Shown here in pieces: positions 33,625 through 42,555 of a stretch of DNA of 64,000 bases. The notes beneath the pieces are model-generated. The model searched no databases. It was not told the DNA's origin and saw only the letters and a program-made list of their open reading frames with translations. Position 1 is the first letter of the stretch. Each line of letters begins with the position of its first letter. The translations under genes and the position numbers were made by a program. The stretch is taken from assembly GCA_038208295.1 (NCBI GenBank), contig JBBQYX010000005.1, positions 14,213-78,212 on the forward strand, given 5' to 3'. This DNA comes from Candidatus Nanopelagicales bacterium (GTDB lineage: Bacteria; Actinomycetota; Actinomycetes; S36-B12; JBBQYX01).

Positions 33625-33630
33625 AGGGGC
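33595..33630 (-). repeat. perfect 12-bp x3 tandem repeat at the coaX stop / lysS start junction
   Basis: GGTCACAGGGGC x3; each unit carries GTGA on the coding strand. Confidence 0.9.
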
Positions 33631-34400
33631 GAAGGGTAACCGGCCGGGGTATTCCGGTCGAAGACCAGCCGCAGGCCGATGAGGGTGAGGTCGGGTTCGT
33701 AGACGGTGATGGTCTCCGACTCCGGCACCACCAGCGGAGCCAGCCCGCCGGTCGCGATGACCGCGGTCACCGGGCCCGTCTCGGCGACGATGCGTCGCAC
33801 CAGGCCGTCCACCTGGCCGGCGAACCCGTACAACGCCCCGGATTGCAGCGCCTCGACGGTGTTCTTGCCGATCACGGATCGCGGCCGGACGAGGTCGACC
33901 TTGCGCAGTTGCGCTGCCCGCGCAGCGAGGGCGTCCAGGGAGATTTCGATGCCCGGAGCCAGCGCGCCACCCAAGAAGGCGCCGCTGGCCGAAATCACGT
34001 CCAGGTTCGTCGAGGTGCCGAAGTCGACCACGATCGAAGGCCCGCCGTACAGGTGGTGGGCAGCCATGGTGTTCACGATCCGGTCGGCACCGACCTCCTT
34101 AGGATTATCGGTGAGTACGGAGACCCCGGTGCGGGTGCCCGGTTCGACGATGACCGCCGGGACGTGGTCGTAATACCGCGTGAGCATGGCGCGCATCTCG
34201 CGCAGGACCGACGGCACCGTCGAACACAACGCGACACCGGTCACGGTCGGGACGTCGGTGAGCAGGCCCCGGAACGTCAGGACCGTCTCGTCGGCGGTCG
34301 AGCGGGCGTCGGTCTTGATCCGCCAGGAATGCTGCAACTTGTCCCCGTCGAACAGGCCGAGGACCGTGTTGGTGTTTCCTACGTCGATGGCGAGCAGCAT
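33621..34400 (-). CDS. coaX: type III pantothenate kinase
   Basis: Inner ATG 34400 ([17 protein letters not shown]...). [16 protein letters not shown] and IATGGLA motifs. ATGA overlap with the nadC stop. Confidence 0.92.
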   Translation of the reverse strand: MLLAIDVGNTNTVLGLFDGDKLQHSWRIKTDARSTADETVLTFRGLLTDVPTVTGVALCSTVPSVLREMRAMLTRYYDHVPAVIVEPGTRTGVSVLTDNPKEVGADRIVNTMAAHHLYGGPSIVVDFGTSTNLDVISASGAFLGGALAPGIEISLDALAARAAQLRKVDLVRPRSVIGKNTVEALQSGALYGFAGQVDGLVRRIVAETGPVTAVIATGGLAPLVVPESETITVYEPDLTLIGLRLVFDRNTPAGYPSPL

Positions 34401-35290
34401 CAGCCGTGCTCCGTGCGTAGATCGGCGCCGATGTCCAGCACCGGGGCGGAATGGGTGAGGGCGCCGACGGCGAGGTAGTCCACGCCGGTGGCGGCGACCT
34501 GCGCGGCAGTGTCGAGGCTCAGCCCCCCGGATGCCTCCAGCCGTGCCCGACCGGCAGTTCTGCGTACCGCCTCGACCATGTCGGGCACCGCGAAGTTGTC
34601 CAGCAGGACCAGATCCGCGCCGGCCGCCAGCGCCTCGTCGAGTTCGGTCAGGTCGTCGACCTCGACCTCCACCGGAACTCCCGGGAACTTCACGCGGACT
34701 GCCTCGAACGCCGCCGCGACACCACCGGCCGCGGCAACGTGGTTGTCCTTCACCAGCGCCGCATCCGACAACGACATCCGGTGATTCACGCCGCCGCCAC
34801 AGCGCACCGCATATTTCTCCAGCGCGCGCAGGCCGGGAGTGGTTTTTCGCGTGTCCCGGATCGCGGCGGACGTACCCGTGATCTCCCGGACCCATTGCGC
34901 AGTCAGCGTCGCGATGCCCGACAGGTGGCCGAGCAGGTTCAGCGCCGTACGTTCCCCGGTCAGCAGCGACCGGGTCGGCCCGCGGACACCGAGAACAACC
35001 TCGCCCGCTGCCACGTGAGCACCGTCGGGCTTTTGTTCCTGGACGACGAGTTCCGGTCCAACGACCAGTTCGAAGACGGCCCGGGCCACCGGAACGCCAG
35101 CCGTGACTCCCGACGCGCGAGCGGACAGTTCCAGCACGGCCCACTGATCCGGCGGGACGGTCGCCTCGGACGTGACATCGACCCCGCCGGCCAGGTCCTC
35201 CGCGATGGCCGCGCGGATCAGTTCCGCCACCGCGTCGGCGTCCAGGCCGACCGCACCCAGAGAGTCCCGCACTTCGTTGCTCAGTTTCAT
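34400..35290 (-). CDS. nadC: nicotinate-nucleotide pyrophosphorylase (carboxylating)
   Basis: Inner ATG 35290. ...ERTALNLLGHLSGIAT...IRDTRKTTPGLR...KYAVRCGGGVNHR... Confidence 0.93.
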   Translation of the reverse strand: MKLSNEVRDSLGAVGLDADAVAELIRAAIAEDLAGGVDVTSEATVPPDQWAVLELSARASGVTAGVPVARAVFELVVGPELVVQEQKPDGAHVAAGEVVLGVRGPTRSLLTGERTALNLLGHLSGIATLTAQWVREITGTSAAIRDTRKTTPGLRALEKYAVRCGGGVNHRMSLSDAALVKDNHVAAAGGVAAAFEAVRVKFPGVPVEVEVDDLTELDEALAAGADLVLLDNFAVPDMVEAVRRTAGRARLEASGGLSLDTAAQVAATGVDYLAVGALTHSAPVLDIGADLRTEHG

Positions 35291-35344
35291 GTCGCTACCT
35301 CGCCCAGCCGTCGCATTCCCGCTCGTGCGATCCATGGTCTCTCG

Positions 35345-37018
35345 TCACTCCGTCGGCGGGCCGGCCACCGGCTCCGACGTGGTCGTCAGGTGGCCGTCGG
35401 GACTCTGCACCGCTACGAGCCGTACCCGCCAGTGGGCATCGTCTGGTGCGGGAAAGTCTTCTCGCCAGTGTGATCCGCGGGTTTCTCGCCGCGCGGCGGC
35501 GTGGTCCACCAGGACGCTGGCCAGGGTGTGCAGGTTGGTCGACTCCCAACTATCCGTACACGGCTGCCCCGGCTGACCGTGGGTCAGCTCGTCGAGTTCG
35601 GTCGCCGTTGCCGCCAGGGACTTCTCACTGCGGAGAACTCCGGCACCGTGCGCCATGAGTTGCTGCAGGGGACGCCGTACGGCACCGGGCAGCGCAATCC
35701 CCGGCCCCGCGTCCGAGGGCTGCGGCTCACGCCGGGTCGGCAGTCCCTGGGCGAGTACCGCGCCGATCCGCTCGGCGAAGACCAAGCCCTCCAGGAGCGA
35801 GTTCGACGCCAGCCGGTTTGCCCCATGGACGCCGCTGCACGCCACCTCACCGCAAGCGAACAGCCCGGGCACCGACGCCCGGCCGTCGACGTCGGTCCGC
35901 ACCCCACCGCTGGCGTAATGCTGGGCAGGTGCCACCGGGATGAGGTCCACCACCGGGTCGATGCCGTGCTCCCGGCAAGAATCGAGAATGGTGGGGAACC
36001 GCCGGCGCCACAGCGCTTCGCCGAATCGGCGCCCGTCCAGCCACACGTGTGCGGCCCCCGTCTGCAACATCCGGTGCATGATCGCCTTGGCGACCACGTC
36101 CCGCGGGGCGAGTTCGGCCAGCGGGTGCTGGCCCAGCATGAATCGGACCCCGTCGTCGTCGACGAGGACCGCCCCCTCGCCGCGGACGGCCTCGCTGACC
36201 AGCGGCTGCTGACCCCGGGCATCGGCGCCCAGATACATCACGGTCGGGTGGAACTGCACGAACTCCAGATCCGCGATGGCAGCACCCGCACGCAGCGCGA
36301 GCGCGACCCCGTCGCCGGTCGCAACAGACGGATTCGTCGTCTGCGCGAAGACCTGCCCCAAGCCGCCGGTCGCCAGCACCACCGCGGGCGCCAGGGCGGC
36401 GCCAACACCGTCGCCGCGGCCCTCACCCATGACGTGCAAGCTGACGCCCTGCGCGGCTCCGGTGGCATCGCGCAGTAGGTCCAGGGCGAGTGCCTGCTCG
36501 ACCAGTTCAATGCCGAGATCCAGGGCCACCGCAGCCACCAGCGCGCGGGAAATCTCCGCGCCCGTCGCGTCCCCGCCGGCATGCGCGATCCGATCCCGCA
36601 GATGCCCGCCCTCGCGGGTCAGCTCGATGCCGCCGGCCGCGTCGGTGTCGAACCGGGCACCGATCGTGATCAGCCGGCGTACTGCGTCAGGTCCCTGGGT
36701 GACCAGGATGCGTACGGCCTCGGGATCGCACAGCCCCGCCCCGGCCACCAACGTGTCCCGCAGATGCTCCTGCGGGGAGTCCTCCTCCGACAGCGCCGCC
36801 GCGATCCCGCCCTGTGCCCAGCGCGTCGAGCCCTCGTCGACCCGGGCCTTGGTGACCAGCAGCACCCGCAGCCCCACCTGTCGGGCCTGCAAGGCGACCG
36901 ACAACCCGGCGACCCCGGAACCGACGACGACCACATCGGCCGTTGTGGTCCAGCCCGGCTCGGCGGCCCGTAACCGCCGGGGCAGCACCAGCGGGCCGGC
37001 GTCGTGACGGCCGGTCAT
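35345..37018 (-). CDS. nadB: L-aspartate oxidase
   Basis: 557 aa. FAD motif VVVVGSGVAGLS, AQGGIAA, HPT...EA(V)RGEGA. Confidence 0.95.
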   Translation of the reverse strand: MTGRHDAGPLVLPRRLRAAEPGWTTTADVVVVGSGVAGLSVALQARQVGLRVLLVTKARVDEGSTRWAQGGIAAALSEEDSPQEHLRDTLVAGAGLCDPEAVRILVTQGPDAVRRLITIGARFDTDAAGGIELTREGGHLRDRIAHAGGDATGAEISRALVAAVALDLGIELVEQALALDLLRDATGAAQGVSLHVMGEGRGDGVGAALAPAVVLATGGLGQVFAQTTNPSVATGDGVALALRAGAAIADLEFVQFHPTVMYLGADARGQQPLVSEAVRGEGAVLVDDDGVRFMLGQHPLAELAPRDVVAKAIMHRMLQTGAAHVWLDGRRFGEALWRRRFPTILDSCREHGIDPVVDLIPVAPAQHYASGGVRTDVDGRASVPGLFACGEVACSGVHGANRLASNSLLEGLVFAERIGAVLAQGLPTRREPQPSDAGPGIALPGAVRRPLQQLMAHGAGVLRSEKSLAATATELDELTHGQPGQPCTDSWESTNLHTLASVLVDHAAARRETRGSHWREDFPAPDDAHWRVRLVAVQSPDGHLTTTSEPVAGPPTE

Positions 37019-37914
37019 CCGCGTATCCCCGGCCGGTCGGCCAGCGAGTCCAACAGCGCGGCTGCCTTATCGGGCCGCAAAACACCCTGCGCCAGGGCGC
37101 GATCCGCAGACAGCCGCGCCAGGGCGACATAGGCCGCGGTCGCGGTGCCACCCTCGGCCGCCAAGGCCTGCAGGTCGCTGCGTACGGCATCCGCATCCGC
37201 TCGCACCACCGGACCGTCCAACAGGGCGCCGCTGTCCGCTGCGGCGGCATCGGCGGCCGCCTGCACCAGGGGGCCCAGGACCCGCTCGGGCCGGCCGATC
37301 CCGGCGCTGCGCAATACGTCCCACGCCTCGCCGACCAGGGCGCGCAGGTGGGGCCCGACCAGCACCAGCGCCGCGTGCAACGCCGGGCGGGCCTCCTCCG
37401 GCACCCAGACCGGCTCCCCGCCCATCTCCACCGCCAGCGCCTCGGCCACCGGCCGAAGTGCGGGCGGGGCGGTCACCGCGATCGGGCAGCCGTCCAGCCG
37501 CGTCACATCCAGGCTGGTCCCGGTCAGGCTCAGCATCGGGTGCAGGGCCAGCGGCAGTGCGCCCGCAGAGGTGGCGCGGTCCAGCACCGCCGTGCCGTAC
37601 CGGGGCGAGGCATGCAGCCAAAACGCCCCCGGCCGCAGCGCACCGGTGTCCACCAGCCCCATCACCAGCCGCGGCAGCTCCTCGTCCGGGACCGTGAGCA
37701 GGACGAGATCAGCATCGGCCACCACCTCCGCCGGGGGCAGCACTCGCGCGTGCGGCAGAAACTCCTCGACTCGATCCCGGCTCGCCTGGGACACGGCAGT
37801 CACGGCCGTCACCCGATGTCCGGCCCTGTTCAGGGCCGCCCCGAGCAGGCAGCCCGCGCGGCCCGCGCCGAGGACGCCGACCGTCAACCGGGCCGGCGCG
37901 GTCGGTGGGGACAC
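37015..37914 (-). CDS. Rossmann-fold NAD(P)-binding protein with DUF2520-type C-terminus
   Basis: GVLGAGRAGCLLGAALNRAGHRV...DLVLLTVPDEEL. ATGA overlap with the nadB start. Same synteny slot as the mycobacterial DUF2520 gene. Confidence 0.75.
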   Translation of the reverse strand: MSPPTAPARLTVGVLGAGRAGCLLGAALNRAGHRVTAVTAVSQASRDRVEEFLPHARVLPPAEVVADADLVLLTVPDEELPRLVMGLVDTGALRPGAFWLHASPRYGTAVLDRATSAGALPLALHPMLSLTGTSLDVTRLDGCPIAVTAPPALRPVAEALAVEMGGEPVWVPEEARPALHAALVLVGPHLRALVGEAWDVLRSAGIGRPERVLGPLVQAAADAAAADSGALLDGPVVRADADAVRSDLQALAAEGGTATAAYVALARLSADRALAQGVLRPDKAAALLDSLADRPGIRG

Positions 37915-38096
37915 GGAGAGCCTCTCGCGATACGTCGGTGTTGGCGCTCGGGATGCGTGCCAGTGCTGTCGTCGTACGGGGCATCAGGCGACCGCCGAGC
38001 CGCAGGTTCACGGGTCGAGCCCGGCCACCCGCTCTCAGCCGCCGCGTCAGCGTAGCCCCGCGCCGCAACTAGCCGAGTGGTGGCCTATGGCTGCGC

Positions 38097-39287
38097 TTGC
38101 ACGATCCAACTCGACCACGCCCGACCACTCGCAACGTCCGTCTCAGGGGCTGCGACGATCGGGCGGTGCCCAGCGACATCGTGACCGGGACGGACCCGAC
38201 GGGCCCGGAGGGACCGAATGGTGCGCCGGTAAGTCCCGTTGGCTGGCAGACGGCGTGGTCGCAGTCGCTGCAATCCTGGGCGGCCGACCCCGAAGGTCTG
38301 CCGGTCGAGCACTTCCGTACGTCAGTGCACGTCGGGGCAGAGTTCTTCGCCGCGCTGGCGCGCGTCGCGGTCGAGGTCGATGCCGGCCTGGGTCACCCAG
38401 ATAACCTCGACATCGTCGACGTCGGGGCAGGGGGCGGCGAACTGCTCGTCGGGCTGCTCTCGCACCTGCCAGCTGACGTCGCTGACCGGGTCCATTCAGT
38501 GGCGATCGACCTGAGAGCGCGTCCGGCATCGCTGGATGCCCGGGTGACGTGGCGGCGAGGTGCCGCTGATCAAGTCCTGCGCCAGGAGTTTCCCGAAGGG
38601 GTACGCGGGCTGCTGATCGCCCACGAGTTCCTCGACGAGATTCCCCTTGACGTCGTGCAGCGGGATGCCGACGGCGTGCGGCGACTCGTACTCGTTGACC
38701 CCGCCGCGGAGCTCGACGCAGCGCCGGTCGAGTTTCTCGGGCCAGCGCTGGACGACGGCGGCCGCTGTGCGCGGTTCGGCGTGGACGCCGCCCGCGCTCG
38801 AGCCTGGTTGGACACCTGGTGGCCGGACGACGGCAAACTCGACGGGTATCGAGCCGAAGTGGGCTGGCCACGGGACGAGGCATGGTCAGCACTCGTCGGG
38901 TCGGTGCGCGCTGGTACGGCACTCGCCATGGACTACGGCCACAGCCGGTCCGAACGAACGTCTGGCCGCCGACGACACGGCTCCCTCGCCGGTTACCGCC
39001 GCGGTCGGCACGTGGCGCCCTTACCCGATGGCCGCCGCAACCTCACCGCACACGTGGCCATCGATGCCTGCGTCGCCGCAGCGCCGCCGGGCTTCCGGAC
39101 AGTTGTGCAGTCGCAGCGAGAAGTTCTCCAGGAACTGGTCGACGACCTCCGGAACGCCGAAACCCTCGCCACCCAACTGCAGCGCACCAACGACCGTCGG
39201 GTGCTGATGGCACCGGCCGGCCTGGGCGCCATGATCTGGCTACGGCACGACCGGGTCGGACCAACTAACTCATCGGCATCCGACTGA
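38097..39287 (+). CDS. SAM-dependent methyltransferase, MidA/DUF185-like
   Basis: IVDVGAGGGELL...LIAHEFLDEIPLDVV...ALAMDYGH pattern. The start is uncertain (TTG 38097 or GTG 38166). Confidence 0.65.
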   Translation: MHDPTRPRPTTRNVRLRGCDDRAVPSDIVTGTDPTGPEGPNGAPVSPVGWQTAWSQSLQSWAADPEGLPVEHFRTSVHVGAEFFAALARVAVEVDAGLGHPDNLDIVDVGAGGGELLVGLLSHLPADVADRVHSVAIDLRARPASLDARVTWRRGAADQVLRQEFPEGVRGLLIAHEFLDEIPLDVVQRDADGVRRLVLVDPAAELDAAPVEFLGPALDDGGRCARFGVDAARARAWLDTWWPDDGKLDGYRAEVGWPRDEAWSALVGSVRAGTALAMDYGHSRSERTSGRRRHGSLAGYRRGRHVAPLPDGRRNLTAHVAIDACVAAAPPGFRTVVQSQREVLQELVDDLRNAETLATQLQRTNDRRVLMAPAGLGAMIWLRHDRVGPTNSSASD

Positions 39288-39319
39288 GCGAGATCCGCAC
39301 GCCGGCACGGGACCTGAAC

Positions 39320-40546
39320 TCAGCCGGTCACCGGCAACGTCTCGTAGCCACGCAGCACGAAGGACGGTCTGCGCACCGGGGCGGCCGCCAACTGCAGGCC
39401 CGGCAGCCGTTCCAGCAATATGGGCAGCGAGGTGGTGAGTTCCACCCGCGCCAGGGGCGCACCGAGGCAGAAGTGGATACCCACGCCGAAGGATAGGTGC
39501 GGGTTCGGGTCCCGCCGGGCATCGAAGGAGTCCGGCTCGGCGAATACCTCGGGGTCCCGGTTCGCCGAACCCAGCAGTGCGGAGATCTTGTCACCGGCCT
39601 GCAGCCGAACGCCGGCGACCTCGGTGTCGACCTTGGCGGTCCGCTCGAACAGGTGCAACGGGGAGTCGAAACGCAGCATCTCCTCCACTGTCGACGGGGC
39701 CAGGCCCCAGGGATCGGCGACGACAGCCGCCAATTGGTCCGGGTGCTGCAGCAGGGCGACGACACCATTGCCGAAACCATTGACGCTGGCCTCGTGCCCG
39801 GCGTTCAACAGCAACACGGCAGTCGCGATGAGTTCCTGCTCCGACAGGCGTTCACCCTCGACCCGGGCCTGCGCCAGGTCCGTGAGCAGGTCCTCCCCGG
39901 GGTGCCGCGTCCGGTCGGCGGCGAGTTCGCGCACGTATTGGGAGAACTCGGCGCACGCCCGCTGGGCACGGTCGTCCTGCTCGGGAGTCCGGTCGAGTTC
40001 GTACATCGCCACGATGTCCTGGGACCACGGACGCAACAGCGGCCGATCGGCGGCCGGGAAGCCAAGGAGTTCCGCGATGATGATGACCGGCAGCGGTTCG
40101 GCATAGTCAGCGAGCAGGTCGAACTGGCCGGTGTCCCGCAATTTCTCGGTCGCCGAGTCCAGCAGTCCCGCTGATGCCGCGCGGACCCGCGGCCGAAGCC
40201 GCTCGACATGCCCCCGGCCGAACGCCTGGGCGACCAGGCGGCGCAGCCGAGTGTGTTTGGGCGGTTCGGAGTCGAGGATCGAATCGGCGTGCAGCCAGTT
40301 GAACGTGTCCCACAACTCGATTGGTTCACGGGTGGTGAAGATGCGGCCCAGGTCCTTGTGCCGCAACACCGCGTTGACGTCGGCGTGCCGAGCCGCCAGC
40401 CAGCTGCCGGAGTCGGTGTCTCGCACCGGAGCGCCGACCGAGCGCATCCGGGCGAAAGCCGGGTAGGGGTCGGTCACGAACTCCGGGTCCGCGGGCCGGA
40501 AGCCAGCTGCTGCCGCATCCGGTGCAGTTGGCGAGTCGGCGGTCAC
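39320..40546 (-). CDS. cytochrome P450
   Basis: 408 aa. ExxR (VEEMLRFDSP) and the heme-thiolate loop FGVGIHFCLGAPLA. Its GTG overlaps the stop of the upstream gene (GTGA). Confidence 0.93.
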   Translation of the reverse strand: MTADSPTAPDAAAAGFRPADPEFVTDPYPAFARMRSVGAPVRDTDSGSWLAARHADVNAVLRHKDLGRIFTTREPIELWDTFNWLHADSILDSEPPKHTRLRRLVAQAFGRGHVERLRPRVRAASAGLLDSATEKLRDTGQFDLLADYAEPLPVIIIAELLGFPAADRPLLRPWSQDIVAMYELDRTPEQDDRAQRACAEFSQYVRELAADRTRHPGEDLLTDLAQARVEGERLSEQELIATAVLLLNAGHEASVNGFGNGVVALLQHPDQLAAVVADPWGLAPSTVEEMLRFDSPLHLFERTAKVDTEVAGVRLQAGDKISALLGSANRDPEVFAEPDSFDARRDPNPHLSFGVGIHFCLGAPLARVELTTSLPILLERLPGLQLAAAPVRRPSFVLRGYETLPVTG

Positions 40547-41919
40547 GATTCCGCTGCTCGGTTACCGGGCTCCGCCGACGCCATCCAACGCTGGGTGCCC
40601 GCGGCCGTGCGTGCGGCAGCCGCGCGCCGCAGTTGCGCCTCGGCGATGGCCCGTGCCTCGGCTGCCGGGCGGTGCAGCCCGCTGATCTGTACCGGTCCCG
40701 GGGTGGAGTCGACGTGGACCGATGCCAGTCCCAGCGCGCGTTCCCACGGCCCCTGGGTCACCCGTACGGACTGCGTACGGGCATGCGGGATCAGCGCCAG
40801 GTGATGCACCACCCGGCCACGAGCCGCTGCGAAGACATGCGCGTCGTGGCCGACCAGCAATCGGCGAAACTGGATCGGGGCTCGCCGCCGGGCGCGGCTG
40901 GGAACTGCGTGCATTTCCAGGGCGGTGACATCCACGCCGGGCAGGACGCGGGCGACCACGGACAGAGCGACCGGCCACGGCGCCACCGGCAGCAGGACGT
41001 TCTCCGTGTACGCGTCGTTGCCACTTCCCTGACTGCCCGTACCGACGCCGGCGACGTTGAGGGAAACTCGTACCCACCCTCGGCTGCGCCACAACCACGG
41101 CTCGGTGAACCCGACCGCCTGCACCCGGCCGGGTGGAACTGTCTGGGCCGACGTCTGCAGCAGCCCGTGCCGCAGTCGGAGTCCGTCAGGTGAATCGGCC
41201 ACGGTGAAGCCGAAGAACTTCGCGAACTCACTGAATACGGTCAGCAGTGGCAATCCACCGCCGATAATCACCAGCAGACCGGCCGTCCCGGCGGTGGCGA
41301 GCGCACCGACGACCACCAGGATCGTGAGCAGGAACAGCATGACCGTGGTGCCGCGCAACAACAACGACTTCAGTAGGTCACCGGTGGGCACCTGCACGAG
41401 GATCTGTTCCGGTGCCGCTCCTGCATCGTGCCGCAACCCCGCGGACCGGGCGATGATCTCGTCTCGCAGCACCTGTGCCTGGGCGACTGTCAGGTATTCC
41501 AGCGTCAGGCGCGAGTCGCCGGCGCCGGCGGCCTCGACGTGCAGGGCGGCCATACCTGCAATCCGGGCGATCAGCGGTTGGGTGACATCCACACTCTGCA
41601 ACCGTGACAACTGCAACCGCCGCTCGTTGCGGAACCAGACACCCGAGTTCATCCGCAGGTCGCCGTCCGCGTCGAACCAGAACGTCAACCGCCGCCAGGC
41701 GATCCAGCGGTAGGCCGCCACCAGCAGCCCGGCACCCACCGCCGTCCCGAACGCCACCGCGACACCGAGACCGGGAACTCCCGCACTCCACTGGGAGCCG
41801 AACGCGATCATTCCGATCAGCACAGCGGGCACGATTCGAGCGCCGTGCACGAACGGCGAGATGCGACTTACCCGTCGCGGTTCCCCCGATGCCGGGGGCT
41901 GCGTACCGCTCATGCTCAC
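40543..41919 (-). CDS. membrane protein with three bacterial PH (bPH_2) domains, YdbT-like
   Basis: 458 aa. Repeated TM hairpin plus the ...RLQLSRLQSVDVTQPLIARIAGMAALHVEAAG... type modules characteristic of YdbT. Confidence 0.8.
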   Translation of the reverse strand: MSMSGTQPPASGEPRRVSRISPFVHGARIVPAVLIGMIAFGSQWSAGVPGLGVAVAFGTAVGAGLLVAAYRWIAWRRLTFWFDADGDLRMNSGVWFRNERRLQLSRLQSVDVTQPLIARIAGMAALHVEAAGAGDSRLTLEYLTVAQAQVLRDEIIARSAGLRHDAGAAPEQILVQVPTGDLLKSLLLRGTTVMLFLLTILVVVGALATAGTAGLLVIIGGGLPLLTVFSEFAKFFGFTVADSPDGLRLRHGLLQTSAQTVPPGRVQAVGFTEPWLWRSRGWVRVSLNVAGVGTGSQGSGNDAYTENVLLPVAPWPVALSVVARVLPGVDVTALEMHAVPSRARRRAPIQFRRLLVGHDAHVFAAARGRVVHHLALIPHARTQSVRVTQGPWERALGLASVHVDSTPGPVQISGLHRPAAEARAIAEAQLRRAAAARTAAGTQRWMASAEPGNRAAES

Positions 41920-42485
41920 AACCCTGCGGACCGCTGCTCGCCCAGCGCAGCCAGCCGATCTCGCAGCCCGGCGGCGACATCCGGCGGAAGGCCGGGGATC
42001 GTGGCATCGGTGGTGGCGGCAGCGGTGTGCAACTGGACAGTGGCCACTCCCATCGCCCGGTCCAGCGGGCCGGCGGCGAGGTCGACGAGTTGCATCCGTC
42101 CGTACGGCACGATGACCAGGCGCCGGAACAGCACCCCGCTGGTGACCAGCAGGTCATCTGCTCGCTCGCTGTAACCGAACGAGGCAACGCGGCGGCCGAT
42201 GAACCACCAGCCCCACAGCACCCCGACGGCAGTCGCAGCGAGCACGAGGGCACCGATCCACTTCGGCACCGCCGGGAGCAGGAGCAGGAGCACCGCGGCG
42301 GCCAGCGGGAACACGGCCGTGATGGCCAGGCTGATGCGCCGAGCGGTGGCCAGTCGCGGGGACACCGGCGTCCACGGCGTACCGGCCGGTGCGAACGGGT
42401 CCGCGGCGCCTCGGTCCTGAAGTCCAACCGCCGACGCCGGATCCGGCGATTGCTGCTCGGCAGGCTGCGGCGCGTCAGGGGACAT
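41916..42485 (-). CDS. membrane protein with single bPH domain, YdbS-like
   Basis: 189 aa. TM hairpin then LLVTSGVLFRRLVIVPYGRMQLVDLAAGPLDRAMGVATVQLHTAA. GTGA overlap with the YdbT-like gene. Confidence 0.75.
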   Translation of the reverse strand: MSPDAPQPAEQQSPDPASAVGLQDRGAADPFAPAGTPWTPVSPRLATARRISLAITAVFPLAAAVLLLLLPAVPKWIGALVLAATAVGVLWGWWFIGRRVASFGYSERADDLLVTSGVLFRRLVIVPYGRMQLVDLAAGPLDRAMGVATVQLHTAAATTDATIPGLPPDVAAGLRDRLAALGEQRSAGL

Positions 42486-42555
42486 TCGTCGAGCCTACGG
42501 GTCGCTCCGGTGGCCGAGGTGCGGCCGGAGAGGGCTTTCGATCCCGCGTGGCAGC

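Noticed and set aside
32045-35144. Long extensions of the GNAT (to 33226) and coaX (to 35144) reading frames.
   Set aside because: They overlap lysS and nadC respectively in other frames. Domain homology begins exactly at the GTGA/ATGA junction starts.
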